Below, one piece after another: positions 29,811 to 40,578 of a stretch of DNA of 64,000 bases. Below the pieces are notes generated by a model, which made no database searches, was not told the origin of the DNA, and worked only from the letters and a program-made list of their open reading frames with translations. Source of the stretch: a candidate division WOR-3 bacterium (GTDB lineage: Bacteria > Hydrothermota > Tepidihabitantia > Tepidihabitantales > Tepidihabitantaceae); contig CBFGIT010000009.1 of the NCBI GenBank assembly GCA_965648905.1, positions 44,090 to 108,089 on the forward strand, read 5' to 3'. Made by a program: the position numbers and the translations under genes. Positions within the stretch are counted from its first letter, which is position 1; every line of letters starts with the position of its first letter.

Positions 29811-32800
29811 ATGAACAGGACCGTAATTCTGCTAGTGGGTTTGACGACTGCGCTCTTCGCGCAGGTTGACACGACGCGCGTGGACACTGCGTGGGTCAGA
29901 AGCTGGCCCCGGAGCGGCAACGACAATGACTATCTGGTGGACATGGTGCTAGATTCGTCCGGCACCGTCTACGCCACTGGTCACCACTATGACAACTCCC
30001 AGATTGTCACCTTGAGCTACAACTCCGCGGGCACGCGGCGATGGGTGCAGACCTTCGACAGTATGCCCACCGGAGAGGATATCGCCAACGCGATAGCTAT
30101 TGACCGTCGGACCGGCAGCGTATACGTCACCGGCAAGACCTACAGTCCTGTCCATACCAGTAAGGATCTTCTGCTGGTCAAATACAGCAACGACGGCGTG
30201 CGGCAGTGGGCGGTGCTGCATGACAACATCACAGGCGACGATGAGGGCTACGACGTCGAGGTCGACCAGTCTGGGTACATCTACATCGCCGGTGGCCTGG
30301 GCTGCAACAGACCAGACCTGGAGTGGAGGATGGATGGCGGGGTCGTGAAGTACGACTCGATGGGGAATTTGGTTTGGGCTCGACACCACGAAGCACCGTT
30401 TGCCGGCTTCTTCTACGGGCTTGTGCTCGACGCGAACTCGAACATCTACGTCTGCGGTATCGCCACACAACGCGGTTATCAAGAAGTACAACGCCAACGG
30501 TGACTCGCTCTGGTGCCAGGTCTACGATGGTGGGTACGGTGACGACTTGTTCAACAACATCAAGTTCGACCGGGCCGGCAACCTGCTCGTCACCGGTGCC
30601 AGCGTGGGCAGTGGGTCGGGCTTCGATATCGTGACCGCGAAGTACGACACTGCGGGCAACCGACTATGGCTCACGCGCTGGAACGGGTCGGCAAGCACCG
30701 AGGATTGGCCCTACGGTATGGCGGTGGACTCGGACAACAACGTCATCGTCGCCGGCTACTACAACAACGGGGCAGGCTGGGTGATACTGAAGTACGACTC
30801 CGGCGGCACACGCAAGTGGGACCGGTACCCATCAAGCAATACGGCTCGGGCCGTTGCGGTTGACCTCGCTGGCAACATCTATGCGACCGGGTCCACCTGG
30901 CGCCCCTACTACGGCTGGGAGGTACTGACTCTGAAATACACGGCTTCGGGCGTACCGGTCTGGCGTCACACCTACAACGCGGCTGGCAATGGCGGCGACG
31001 GCGGTAGGGCGATTGCGGTGGACAACTCAGGCTTCGTCTACGTTGCCGGAGTAGACGTACCGGACAACCGCGCTGACTGCGTAGTCCTGAAGTACGTGCA
31101 GAAGACCGACGTCGAGCTGAAGCGACTGCTTGCGCCGCTGGGACGCATCGCGCCCGGAACGGTCGTGACGCCTGCCTGTTCGGTGAGTAACAACGGCGGT
31201 TCGGCCGTGACCTATCAGGTGCGGATGCGGATAGGCTCGTCTTATGACCAGACCGTGACCGTAACGGCGCAGCCGCCGATTTCAACCCGGCGGGTGACGT
31301 TCCCGAACTGGACCGCAAACCCGCCCGGGAGCTGGGCAGTAAGCTGCAGCACGGTGCTCGCTGCGGACTACAACCACGCCAATGATAAGGCCACCGGCCG
31401 CGTTGCGGTGGCCAGCGGGTCCGGCCCGGCAGTGACCGAGGTTTGGCCGGACAATGGCGGCAACAATGGCTCGATACAGGTCGGCATCGCGGGCGAGAAC
31501 TTCGACCCGGACACTCGGGGCTGCGTTGAAGTACGCCTGCGCAAGTCTGGGGTTCCGGACCTCTCGTTTGTCGCGGCCGTGGTCAACAGCCGCTATGCCG
31601 TTGGCACACTGAACCTGCGCGATGCCGAGACCGGGCTCTATGACCTGGTGCTGCGGGATGGAACCGGCGATTCAACTGTCGCCAACAGCGCGTTCTTGGT
31701 TCAGTCGGTGAGACGCAGCGCGGTCTGTCAGGTCGTCGGGCAGCCCACAATACGTCGGGGCCGGGTGGTGACCTACCGCCTGACGTTTGTAAACGCTGGG
31801 AACGTGGACTACGAAGACCCGTGCATGTTGCTGATATGCCCGGCGTTTCTCCATATCCTAGCGCTGACCGACGAAGCGGGCAACAACATATCATGGGACC
31901 GCCTGAATATCGGCAACAACCTCGCCAATGGCCTTGCGAACTATCCGCAGTTCTGGCAGGGCGCAGACTCCGGACTCTGCACGCTGGCCCTGAAGCCGCC
32001 GGTGCTGACGCGGGGCAAGCTGCTGCGCGGGTGCAAGGTGATAGTCGACATGACAGTCGAGGCGGTGTTCGACGGCATCGGCTGGATTGGGTTCCGCGCG
32101 CTGGTGCGCGAGGCAGCAGCGCCGCCCAGCCCGGACGGCGGCACTACCGTGCTGCACGCCCTGCATCACCGGGCGTTCGGCAACGAACCGTGGTGCCCGC
32201 GCTCGAATGACTCGCTCGACGTGCTCTGGCGTCAGGCCTATGACGGCGCGGTCTGGATGATGGGTGATTCCACTTCGGTCATGATGCCGCCGAACCGCGG
32301 TGGCCGCGAGCCGGTCTCCGTACCACTCCGGCCGGCTTCGGACTTCATGGGTCAGTTCTACAGCCGACTGATGCAACCCGACTCCGGTCGTTTCCGGGGC
32401 TTCTTCAACGCCCATACCGGCGGCCGCGCTCTGCCCGGCAGGCCAGACCCGGTGACAGGAACCCGGCGGCAGGTCGAAGGCAATGGACTGCCCGCAATGG
32501 TGCCGCACTGGCCCATGACCAGCGCGTTCTACAACCTCGGACACCAGATGGTGCAGATTGCCAAAGAGCACTGCGACACGCTGCCCAACCCCGAGCTCGA
32601 CCTGGGCGAGGTCGTGCTGCTGCAGGACCCGCCCGGCGCAATCGAGCACATCGCCGTGGTCAGTTCGTGGGACCCCAACGACAAGTACGGTGCATCGGGC
32701 AGCGACACGCTGCGGCACTATGTGCCCGTGACCGAACGGCTGGACTACACGATTCACTTCGAGAACCTCGACTCGGCAACCGCGCCGGCCGAGACAGTGG

Positions 32801-35292
32801 TGGTAACAGACCAGATAGATTCGGACCTCAACTGGGAAACGCTCGTGCTCGACTCGGTGAGCCATCCGTTGGTCTGCCACGCGGTCGCGGACTCAAACAC
32901 CAACACCATCACGTGGCACTTCGACGACATCAATCTACCGCCGAACCGCAACCCACCTGAAGGCGAAGGCTGGGTCAAGTTCCATATCTGGCCCAAGTCG
33001 TGGCGCGCGTCCGGCACCGAGGTGAAGAACGCGGCGACCATAGTGTTTGACAATAACGCGCCGATGACGACCGACACGGTCTTGAACACGCTCGATGCCG
33101 GCTGGCCTTCGAGTTCGGTGCGGCCGATGCCCGACACCACCGCCAGCGCCCAAGTAACCGTCCGCTGGAACGGCAGCGACGAGGCCCAGGGTTCGGGCAT
33201 CGGGTACTACAACGTCTACGCCCGAACCGGCAGTACGCCCTGGCGCCTGGTCTTCGGCCCGACGCGGGACACAATGGGCCAGTTCACTGCCGAGAACGAA
33301 ACCCGCTACTACTTCTACTCGGTCGCGGTTGACCGGGTCGGCCATGTCGAGGCCGCCCCAAGCCTGCCCGACGACTCAACGTTTGTCATCGGCATCGCCC
33401 CACCGGTCCTCATCACGCCGCCGGACACGCTCTATGCGCCGGGCGGGGTGCTTGCCGACTCTACGCCCCAGTTTGTCTGGACATCGACCGCGGGCAATGA
33501 CGGCACCTATACGCTCCAGTACTCCGCAGACAGCGCCTTTGTCTCCGGCGTGGTGACACGCTCCGGTCTTGCTGCGACAACCTACACTGTGCCGGATACA
33601 TCTGCCCTGCGCGATACGACCTGGTTCTGGCGGGTAGAGGCAGTGGGCCCGCGCGGTGCGCACAGCGGCTATGCTGCCCCGCGGCGGTTCCGCGTCGACG
33701 TCCGGCCTCCGGCTGCGCCGCGACTGCTCTTACCCTCGGACGGCGCGGTCATTGACTCCACTTTCACATTCTACTGGTCCGCGATTCGGGGCGAAGCGGT
33801 CGACTACCTGCTCTGCTTCAGTGCCGACAGCATCTTCGACCCGAACATCAGCCACGGCGTCCGCACCGGCGACACCAGCTATCGGGTGCCGGACTGGGTC
33901 GCGTTCAACGATACAACCTACTACTGGGTCGTCCGCGCCCGGGACCGCGGCGGCAACTACAGCCCGCTTCAGGTACGTCCGTTCCGCTTCACCGTGGACC
34001 GCCAGCCGGCGATATCCGGCGTGGCACGGTACTATGCCGGCACGAATCCGCCAGTGCCGAACGCGAAGCTGGTCATGACCGGCGCACGCAATGACACCGT
34101 ACTCAGCGATGTGCGGGGCAGCTACGCTTTCACCGGTCTCACGCGCGGCCAGAACTACTCGACGCGGCCCGAACGGGTCAGCCCGTCGCGCGAGCCCGCG
34201 GTCTCCTCGTTCGATGCGGCCATGGCCCTGCAGCACTCGGTGCGGCGCGACACGCTTGACTCGCTCCAGTTCCGCGCTGCGGACGTAAGCGGCGACAGCA
34301 CGGTCTCGTCCTTTGACGCCGGGCTGATACTGCAGTACGCGGTCAGCCGCATCCGCCACTTCCCGGTCGGACGCCGGCCCGGGCTTGATACGGTCGACTG
34401 GGCGTTCCGCCCGCCGCTGCGCAGCTACAGCTCGCTGCCCGGACACCAGATCGGCCAGGACTTCCGCTCGATTCTGTACGGCGACCCGTCCGGCAACTGG
34501 CCCGCGGCCGAGTTCTTCTGCGCATGGGAGGACCCGTCCGCGGACAAACGCTTCTTCAGCGCCAACCTGCCCGACGAACAGACGGTGAGCCTGCCGGCCG
34601 GCGCAGTCAACGCACCCCCGGCCCTCAACGCCCAGGATGACGTCGATGCGCGAGGTGAAGTCGTGTTCCCGGTTGTTGTACCGGACGCACGCGGCGCGGT
34701 GTCGGCCGACATGCTGGTCCGCTACGATGCCGAGGCGCTGACTCTCACCGGTGTGCGTACGACCAAAGCAACAACCGGCTTCCTCGTTGCCGCGGTAGAG
34801 CAGAACGGCCTTGTCCGAGTAGGCATGGCCGGAACGTCTCCGCTCCGTGGTGAAGTGCCGCTCGTCGAGCTCCACTTCGCCGCACGCATCGTGGAGAACG
34901 AATACAACCGGGCGTCTCGCCCGACCGAGGTCATCTGGCTCGTTCTCGACGAAGGCCGACTGCCCGAGAGCGAATCCGAAGGCGCGATGGGTGGCAGGAG
35001 TCGGCTGCCGGCCGCCTTCTTCCTGAGTCAGCCGGTTCCCAATCCGTTCCAGCACGGCGCACGCATCAACTTCGGCCTGCCCCGCTCAGCACGGGTGCAA
35101 CTGGCGGTCTTTGATGCGGTCGGCCGTCAGGTTCGTACGCTCGCCTCAGGCCCGCGTGCAGCCGGCTATCACACGGTAACATGGGATGGCCGGGACCAGC
35201 GCGGCCGACAACTTGCCAACGGCGTCTACTTCGTGCGCCTGACCGCAGATAAACAGCGGTTCGGACGCCGCGTAACCCTGCTGCACCAGTAA
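29811..35292 (+). CDS. very large secreted protein (SBBP propeller, CARDB, IPT-like, DUF7619-like, FN3, dockerin-like, cohesin-like, FlgD-like); frameshift near 30465
   Basis: ORFs 29811-30503 and 30400-35292 join as NIYVCGIA/HNAVIKKYNANGDSLW; SWDPNDK motif; duplicated VSSFDA dockerin-like motif; PNPF...WDGRD...GVYF tail. Confidence 0.75.
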
Positions 35293-35305
35293 GAAAGGAA
35301 CCGCC

Positions 35306-36049
35306 ATGCAAATGACAACACAGGCCACCACGGACAAGAAGGCCGGGCTCGCGATGCTCGCTCTGCTGCTCGCCATCGGGTTCGCTCAGGCAGTGCAGGT
35401 CTGGATTCCGGACTCGGTGCCCGGCGCTTCCGGCGACACGGTCGCCGTGCCCCTGCTCGTGTCCGGCTACCAGGGGATGAACGTCATCTCCGCGGACATC
35501 ACCGTGCTGTTCGGCGACAACGTGTTGACCGCCACCGGCTCCTACCGACTGGGCAACGCGACCAGCGGCTGGATGGTAGCTACCAACCCGTTCCCTTGCA
35601 GCCTGCTCGTGGGCATGGCCAGCGCCGACCCGCTGGCCTCAGGTGATACGCTCATCTTCCTCGACTTCGCGGTCGACGCGGCCGACACAACAACCATCAC
35701 CCTGCTGCGCTGCCGGCTCAACGAAGGACAGGTGCCGTGCACGACCCGGGCCGGCAGGTTCTTCGGATATGTGCCGGGTGTCGAAGAAGCGCACCGCCGG
35801 CAGGTCGCGGCCGAGTTCGCACTCGCCCCTAACCCGGCGCACGGAGCGGTCTGCCTGCGCGCTGCCCAGACCGGTCGCATCGAAATCACCGACGCGGCCG
35901 GGAACCTGGTACGGCAGTTCACGAGTCAACCTGCGGTCACGTGGGACGGCTGCGACGAATCGGGCCGGCCCGTGCCCGACGGCATATACTTCTGCACCCT
36001 GCAGAGCGGCAGAGTATCAACCTGCCGCAAGCTCGTCTTGGCACGATAG
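35306..36049 (+). CDS. secreted cohesin-like domain protein with FlgD-like C-terminal domain
   Basis: Signal peptide; GDTVAVPL...ISADITVLF...LLVGMAS; WDGCDESG...GIYF tail. Confidence 0.7.
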   Translation: MQMTTQATTDKKAGLAMLALLLAIGFAQAVQVWIPDSVPGASGDTVAVPLLVSGYQGMNVISADITVLFGDNVLTATGSYRLGNATSGWMVATNPFPCSLLVGMASADPLASGDTLIFLDFAVDAADTTTITLLRCRLNEGQVPCTTRAGRFFGYVPGVEEAHRRQVAAEFALAPNPAHGAVCLRAAQTGRIEITDAAGNLVRQFTSQPAVTWDGCDESGRPVPDGIYFCTLQSGRVSTCRKLVLAR

Positions 36050-36064
36050 CGCAACGCTGCAACT

Positions 36065-36100
36065 GGGGCCTGCCGGCGACAGATGCGCCCGGCAGGCCCC
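36065..36100 (+). terminator. inverted repeat after the cohesin gene
   Basis: GGGGCCTGCCGG...CCGGCAGGCCCC. Confidence 0.55.
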
Positions 36101-36184
36101 AGGCTTTGTCAGGAGAAGCACCTGCCGGAAGTGAAGACCCTGTTCGCCGGTTGCATTCGGTCAGGCGCGTTTCTATACTGATTC

Positions 36185-37657
36185 ATGCCCAACTGGAACG
36201 GACCGCTGGAGAAGCTGGACGACAACCGGCTGAGAATTCCGAAGAGCTACCACCCGAAGATGCGGGTGGACGGAATCATCTATGCTGACGCGAACCTGAT
36301 TGACGACATCAAGGCTGACCAAGCACCGGAGCAGGTCGCAAACGTCGCAACCCTGCCCGGCATCGTCGGCCATTCCATGGCCATGCCTGATATCCACTGG
36401 GGCTACGGGTTTCCCATTGGCGGCGTGGCCGCATTCACCGTCTCTGAAGGCGTAGTCTCACCCGGCGGCGTAGGCTATGACATCAACTGCGGCGTGCGCC
36501 TGCTGCGTACCAAGCTTGGACGTGAGGATTTGAAACCGCAGCTACTCGAACGTCTGGTCCGCGCCATCTACGACAACGTGCCTTCAGGCGTTGGCTCCAA
36601 GGGCAAGATTCGCATCTCCCAGTCCGAGGTGGCTCAGGTGCTGACCCGTGGTGCACGCTGGGCTGTTGACTCAGGCTACGGCACTGAAGAGGACCTTGAG
36701 TACACCGAGGAACACGGCCAGATGGCCGGCGCTGACCTGGCCGGTGTGTCCGAGCGGGCGTTGGAGCGCGGTATGCCGCAACTCGGCACGCTCGGCGCGG
36801 GCAACCATTTTCTTGAAATCCAGGAAGTGGCCGAGGTGTTCGACCCCAAGGCAGCCGAGACCCTAGGTATCAGCCTGGGCCAGATTACCGTGATGATTCA
36901 CACCGGCTCGCGCGGACTCGGGTATCAGATATGCGACGACAACGTCAAAGTACTCGGCGCAGTATCGAAGAAGTACGGCATCGAGCTGGTGGACCGGCAG
37001 CTTGCCTGTGCGCCGATTGAGTCGCCCGAAGGCCGGAGGTACTTCGGGGCCATGGTCTGCGCGGCCAATTACGCTTGGGCAAACCGGCAGGCGATTGCCC
37101 ACTGGGTGCGCGAGGCATTCAGTCAGGTGCTCGGGCTGTCGATGGAGCAACTCGGCATGGGCCAGGTCTACGACGTCGCGCACAACATCGCCAAGTTCGA
37201 GCAGCACACCGTGCTCAAGACGAACGGCGAGAGGCGAACGGCGAATCTCTGCGTGCACCGTAAGGGTGCGACCCGCGCGTTCGGCCCGGGCGACCCAACA
37301 ATCCCCGCGCGCTACCGGCATCTTGGCCAGCCGGTGCTGATTCCCGGCGACATGGGCACAAGCTCGTATCTCCTGCTCGGCACGGCCCAGGCTGAGCAGG
37401 AGACATTCGGCTCAGCCTGTCACGGCGCGGGCCGGGTCTGGTCACGCACCCGGGCGCTGAAAGAGACCGAACGCCGCAACGTCGCAACTGAACTGCGTTC
37501 CAAGGGCATCATGGTTATGGCAGCAAGCCGCGAGGTTCTGCGCGAAGAAGTGCCGGACGCGTACAAGGACGTGGACAAGGTCGTCGACGTCTGCCATCGT
37601 GCCGGCATCGCGAGAAAGGTAGCGAGGATGAGGCCGCTCGGGGTGGTTAAAGGATGA
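36185..37657 (+). CDS. rtcB: RtcB RNA ligase
   Basis: MPDIHWGYGFPIGG, GYDINCGVR, GTLGAGNHFLE, HTGSRG, DVAHN, HRKGAT, HGAGR. Confidence 0.95.
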   Translation: MPNWNGPLEKLDDNRLRIPKSYHPKMRVDGIIYADANLIDDIKADQAPEQVANVATLPGIVGHSMAMPDIHWGYGFPIGGVAAFTVSEGVVSPGGVGYDINCGVRLLRTKLGREDLKPQLLERLVRAIYDNVPSGVGSKGKIRISQSEVAQVLTRGARWAVDSGYGTEEDLEYTEEHGQMAGADLAGVSERALERGMPQLGTLGAGNHFLEIQEVAEVFDPKAAETLGISLGQITVMIHTGSRGLGYQICDDNVKVLGAVSKKYGIELVDRQLACAPIESPEGRRYFGAMVCAANYAWANRQAIAHWVREAFSQVLGLSMEQLGMGQVYDVAHNIAKFEQHTVLKTNGERRTANLCVHRKGATRAFGPGDPTIPARYRHLGQPVLIPGDMGTSSYLLLGTAQAEQETFGSACHGAGRVWSRTRALKETERRNVATELRSKGIMVMAASREVLREEVPDAYKDVDKVVDVCHRAGIARKVARMRPLGVVKG

Positions 37658-37701
37658 GCCGCGCCCGGGGCGCAGAATGATGAATCCTCGGATTGTTTGC
37701 C

Positions 37702-39606
37702 ATGACCTTCGCCGATAGGGTAGCGGCCGCGCCCGAGTCACCCGGCGTCTACCTGCTCAAGGACGCGCGCGGCCGCGTGCTATATGTCGGCAAAGCGCGC
37801 GTCCTGCGCGAGCGACTGAAGAGCTACATCCAGCCCCAGGATGACCCACGCCTGCGCGCGCTCGTGAGCCGGGTCAAGGACCTGGAGACAATCGTCACGC
37901 GCACCGAAGTCGAGGCGCTGATTCTTGAAGAGAATCTGGTCAAGTTCAAGAAGCCGCGGTATAACGTGCGGATGCGGGACGACAAGAAGTACCCCTACTT
38001 GAAGATAACCACGGCCGAGCCGTTTCCCCGTATCTTCGTGACCCGAAATCTGAAACAGGACGGCTCGGTCTTTTTCGGGCCGTACACTTCGGCCCGCGAG
38101 CTGCGCAAGGCGCTGCGGGCGGTGAAGCGCATCTTCAGGCTGAGAACCTGCAAACGCGAACTGCCTGATGCTCGGCTTGGGACACGATCCGAAACGTCGG
38201 ACGTTTCGGTCATGTCCCGCGCGGCCCGGCCATGCCTCAACTTCGAGCTGAACCGCTGCACCGGGCCATGTGCTGGCCGGCTCACTCAGGAGCAGTACGG
38301 CGAGCAGGTCAAGTATGTGATTGCGTTTCTTTCCGGCCGCTCTGACGAGCTGACCGAGCAGGTCGAGCAGCGGATGTGGGCCGCCTCCAAAGCGCAGGAG
38401 TTCGAGGTCGCGGCGTGCCTGCGCGACCAGCTCATGGCCTTGCGCGAAATCCGCAAGGACCAGCAGGCCGTGCTTCAGGACAAGACCAGCCGGGACGTCA
38501 TCGGCCTGGCCCGGGGCGACAAGGCTGCGGTTGCCGTCCTGTTCCGCGTCCGCGAGGGCAAGATTGTCGCCCGCGAGGAGTATCCGCTCACTGCCGGCAG
38601 AGACGTGCCTGATGCCGAGGTACTTTCGACCGTGGTCCGGTCGGTGCACACGCATACGCACGACATCCCTGAGGAGATTGTCCTGCCCGCTGTCATCGAT
38701 GACGCGGACGTGCTCGAGGCGCTGTTTGCCGAACGCCGGGGCAGGAAGGTAGTTATCCGCGTACCCGAGCGCGGGGAAAAGGTGCGGCTCGTCGAGCTGG
38801 CTCGTGCCAATGCCGAGAAGGCGCTTGTCGAACTTGCGCCTGAGGAGAAGGTGCCGCAGGCCAACCGCGAACTGGCCAAGATTCTCGGGCTTGCTACTGT
38901 GCCGAGGCTGATTGAAGGTGTGGACATCTCAAACACACAGGGCACGAACGCGGTCGGCTCTATCGTCGTGTTCCGCGACGACCGGCCCACCAGGCAGCAG
39001 TACCGGCTGTTCAAGATTCGCGGCGCGAGACCACGCCGCGAAAACGGGGACTGTACCGGATTGCGGCCGCGTCCTCGCGGCCGGGGACTGTCCCCGTTTT
39101 CGTCAAGTCCGGACGATTGCGCGATGATTGAAGAAGTGCTCATGCGGCGCGTGCGCGGTCTGCTGGAGAAGAATCGGCCTCTGCCTGACCTCGTACTTGT
39201 CGACGGAGGCAAAGGCCAGCTCTCCTCTGCAGTCAAGGCCTACGGCCGGTTTGATGCCGACATCCCGATTCTTGGGCTGGCCAAGCGCACTGACACGCTC
39301 TACTACGTTGACGGCCGCGAGATAGCCATCCCTGCTACGTCGCCGGCGCTCAAGCTCCTGAAGCGCATCCGCGACGAGTCGCACCGCTTCGCCATCACCT
39401 TTCACCGCAAGCTGCGCGGCAAGAAGATGGTTGAATCCGAACTTGACACGATTCCCGGACTCGGGCCCGTGCGCAGGAAAGCGCTCATCCAGCACTTCGG
39501 TTCGCTTGACAAGGTACGCCTTGCCTCAGCCGCAGAGATTGCCCGGGTCAAAGGCTTTGGCCCGGCCCTGGCCGATAAGGTATTTCGCGGGTTGCACCCC
39601 GGATAA
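37702..39606 (+). CDS. uvrC: excinuclease ABC subunit C
   Basis: GIY-YIG PGVYL...YVGKA, DDKKYPY, Cys cluster, DISN, DGGKGQ, RDESHRFA, HhH tail. Confidence 0.95.
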   Translation: MTFADRVAAAPESPGVYLLKDARGRVLYVGKARVLRERLKSYIQPQDDPRLRALVSRVKDLETIVTRTEVEALILEENLVKFKKPRYNVRMRDDKKYPYLKITTAEPFPRIFVTRNLKQDGSVFFGPYTSARELRKALRAVKRIFRLRTCKRELPDARLGTRSETSDVSVMSRAARPCLNFELNRCTGPCAGRLTQEQYGEQVKYVIAFLSGRSDELTEQVEQRMWAASKAQEFEVAACLRDQLMALREIRKDQQAVLQDKTSRDVIGLARGDKAAVAVLFRVREGKIVAREEYPLTAGRDVPDAEVLSTVVRSVHTHTHDIPEEIVLPAVIDDADVLEALFAERRGRKVVIRVPERGEKVRLVELARANAEKALVELAPEEKVPQANRELAKILGLATVPRLIEGVDISNTQGTNAVGSIVVFRDDRPTRQQYRLFKIRGARPRRENGDCTGLRPRPRGRGLSPFSSSPDDCAMIEEVLMRRVRGLLEKNRPLPDLVLVDGGKGQLSSAVKAYGRFDADIPILGLAKRTDTLYYVDGREIAIPATSPALKLLKRIRDESHRFAITFHRKLRGKKMVESELDTIPGLGPVRRKALIQHFGSLDKVRLASAAEIARVKGFGPALADKVFRGLHPG

Positions 39607-39642
39607 CCTTGACTTGTGGGCCTCGTGTGGTTAAATCGAGTT

Positions 39643-39984
39643 ATGACTGCCGCAAAGAAGCTTGACCGCGCCGCAATCGAACCGGTGCTGACCGAGTTTC
39701 GCCGCCGCGCCGAGGAGATGTACGGAACACGGCTCAGAGGCATAGTGCTGTACGGTTCGTGGTCGAGAGACGAGGCGCGTCCTGATTCCGACATCGACCT
39801 TGCGGTTATCCTTTCCGGGCCGGTCTCACCAGGGGTTGAGATCGACCGTATGCTTGACCTGACCGTAGAACTGGACCTTAAGTACGGAGTACTGCTCTCC
39901 GTCTATCCGGTTTCCGACAGCGATTACAATACCCGGCGAAGCCCGCTTCTGCTCAACCTGAAGCGCGAGGGTTTGCCGACATGA
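39643..39984 (+). CDS. minimal nucleotidyltransferase (MNT antitoxin)
   Basis: LYGSWSRDEARPDSDIDL motif. Confidence 0.88.
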   Translation: MTAAKKLDRAAIEPVLTEFRRRAEEMYGTRLRGIVLYGSWSRDEARPDSDIDLAVILSGPVSPGVEIDRMLDLTVELDLKYGVLLSVYPVSDSDYNTRRSPLLLNLKREGLPT

Positions 39985-40367
39985 GCGAAGTCGCGTCCCT
40001 GATTGAGCGAGCGCGAAAGTACCTCTCAAGCGCCGAGACTCTCCTCGGCGTTCAGGACTTCGAGTCGAGCGTTTCCCGGACCTACTACGCCATGTTCTAC
40101 GTTGCTGAGGCGCTGCTACTGACCAAAGGGCTGTCGTTCTCATCACACCAAGGTGTGCTGACTGCGTTCGGCCGGGAGTTCGTGAAGACGGGACTGCTGC
40201 CGGGCGAGCTGGGGCGAGAGCTGAAGCGAGCTTTCTCCAAGCGGCAACTGGGTGACTACGAGTACACCTTTGTCGTCTCGCGGGCAGACGCCGAGCAGCT
40301 TCTTGAGGCCGGCCGCAAGTTCGTGGCGATTGCCGCCGACTACCTTAGACGGAACAACTTCCTGTAG
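39981..40367 (+). CDS. HEPN domain protein (UPF0332-like)
   Basis: SRTYYAMF, SSHQGV, RQLGDY; ATGA overlap with the MNT gene. Confidence 0.88.
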   Translation: MSEVASLIERARKYLSSAETLLGVQDFESSVSRTYYAMFYVAEALLLTKGLSFSSHQGVLTAFGREFVKTGLLPGELGRELKRAFSKRQLGDYEYTFVVSRADAEQLLEAGRKFVAIAADYLRRNNFL

Positions 40368-40578
40368 GGAGGCTCGACCAACTCTGGTCTGATGGCGGCC
40401 GGGAAGTGTGCCTTGTTTCATTTGGTATTTCGGCGAATTCATTCATAGAGCGGCAGAACCGACCGGCCAGACTGGCAGTCCGGATTTGGTCGGAATGCTC
40501 TGGCTGCGGCGCGGGTAGGTGTTCTTTGACAGAGCCGGAAATCAGGCTAACTTCAGAGGCAACATCAAAGGAGCAACC

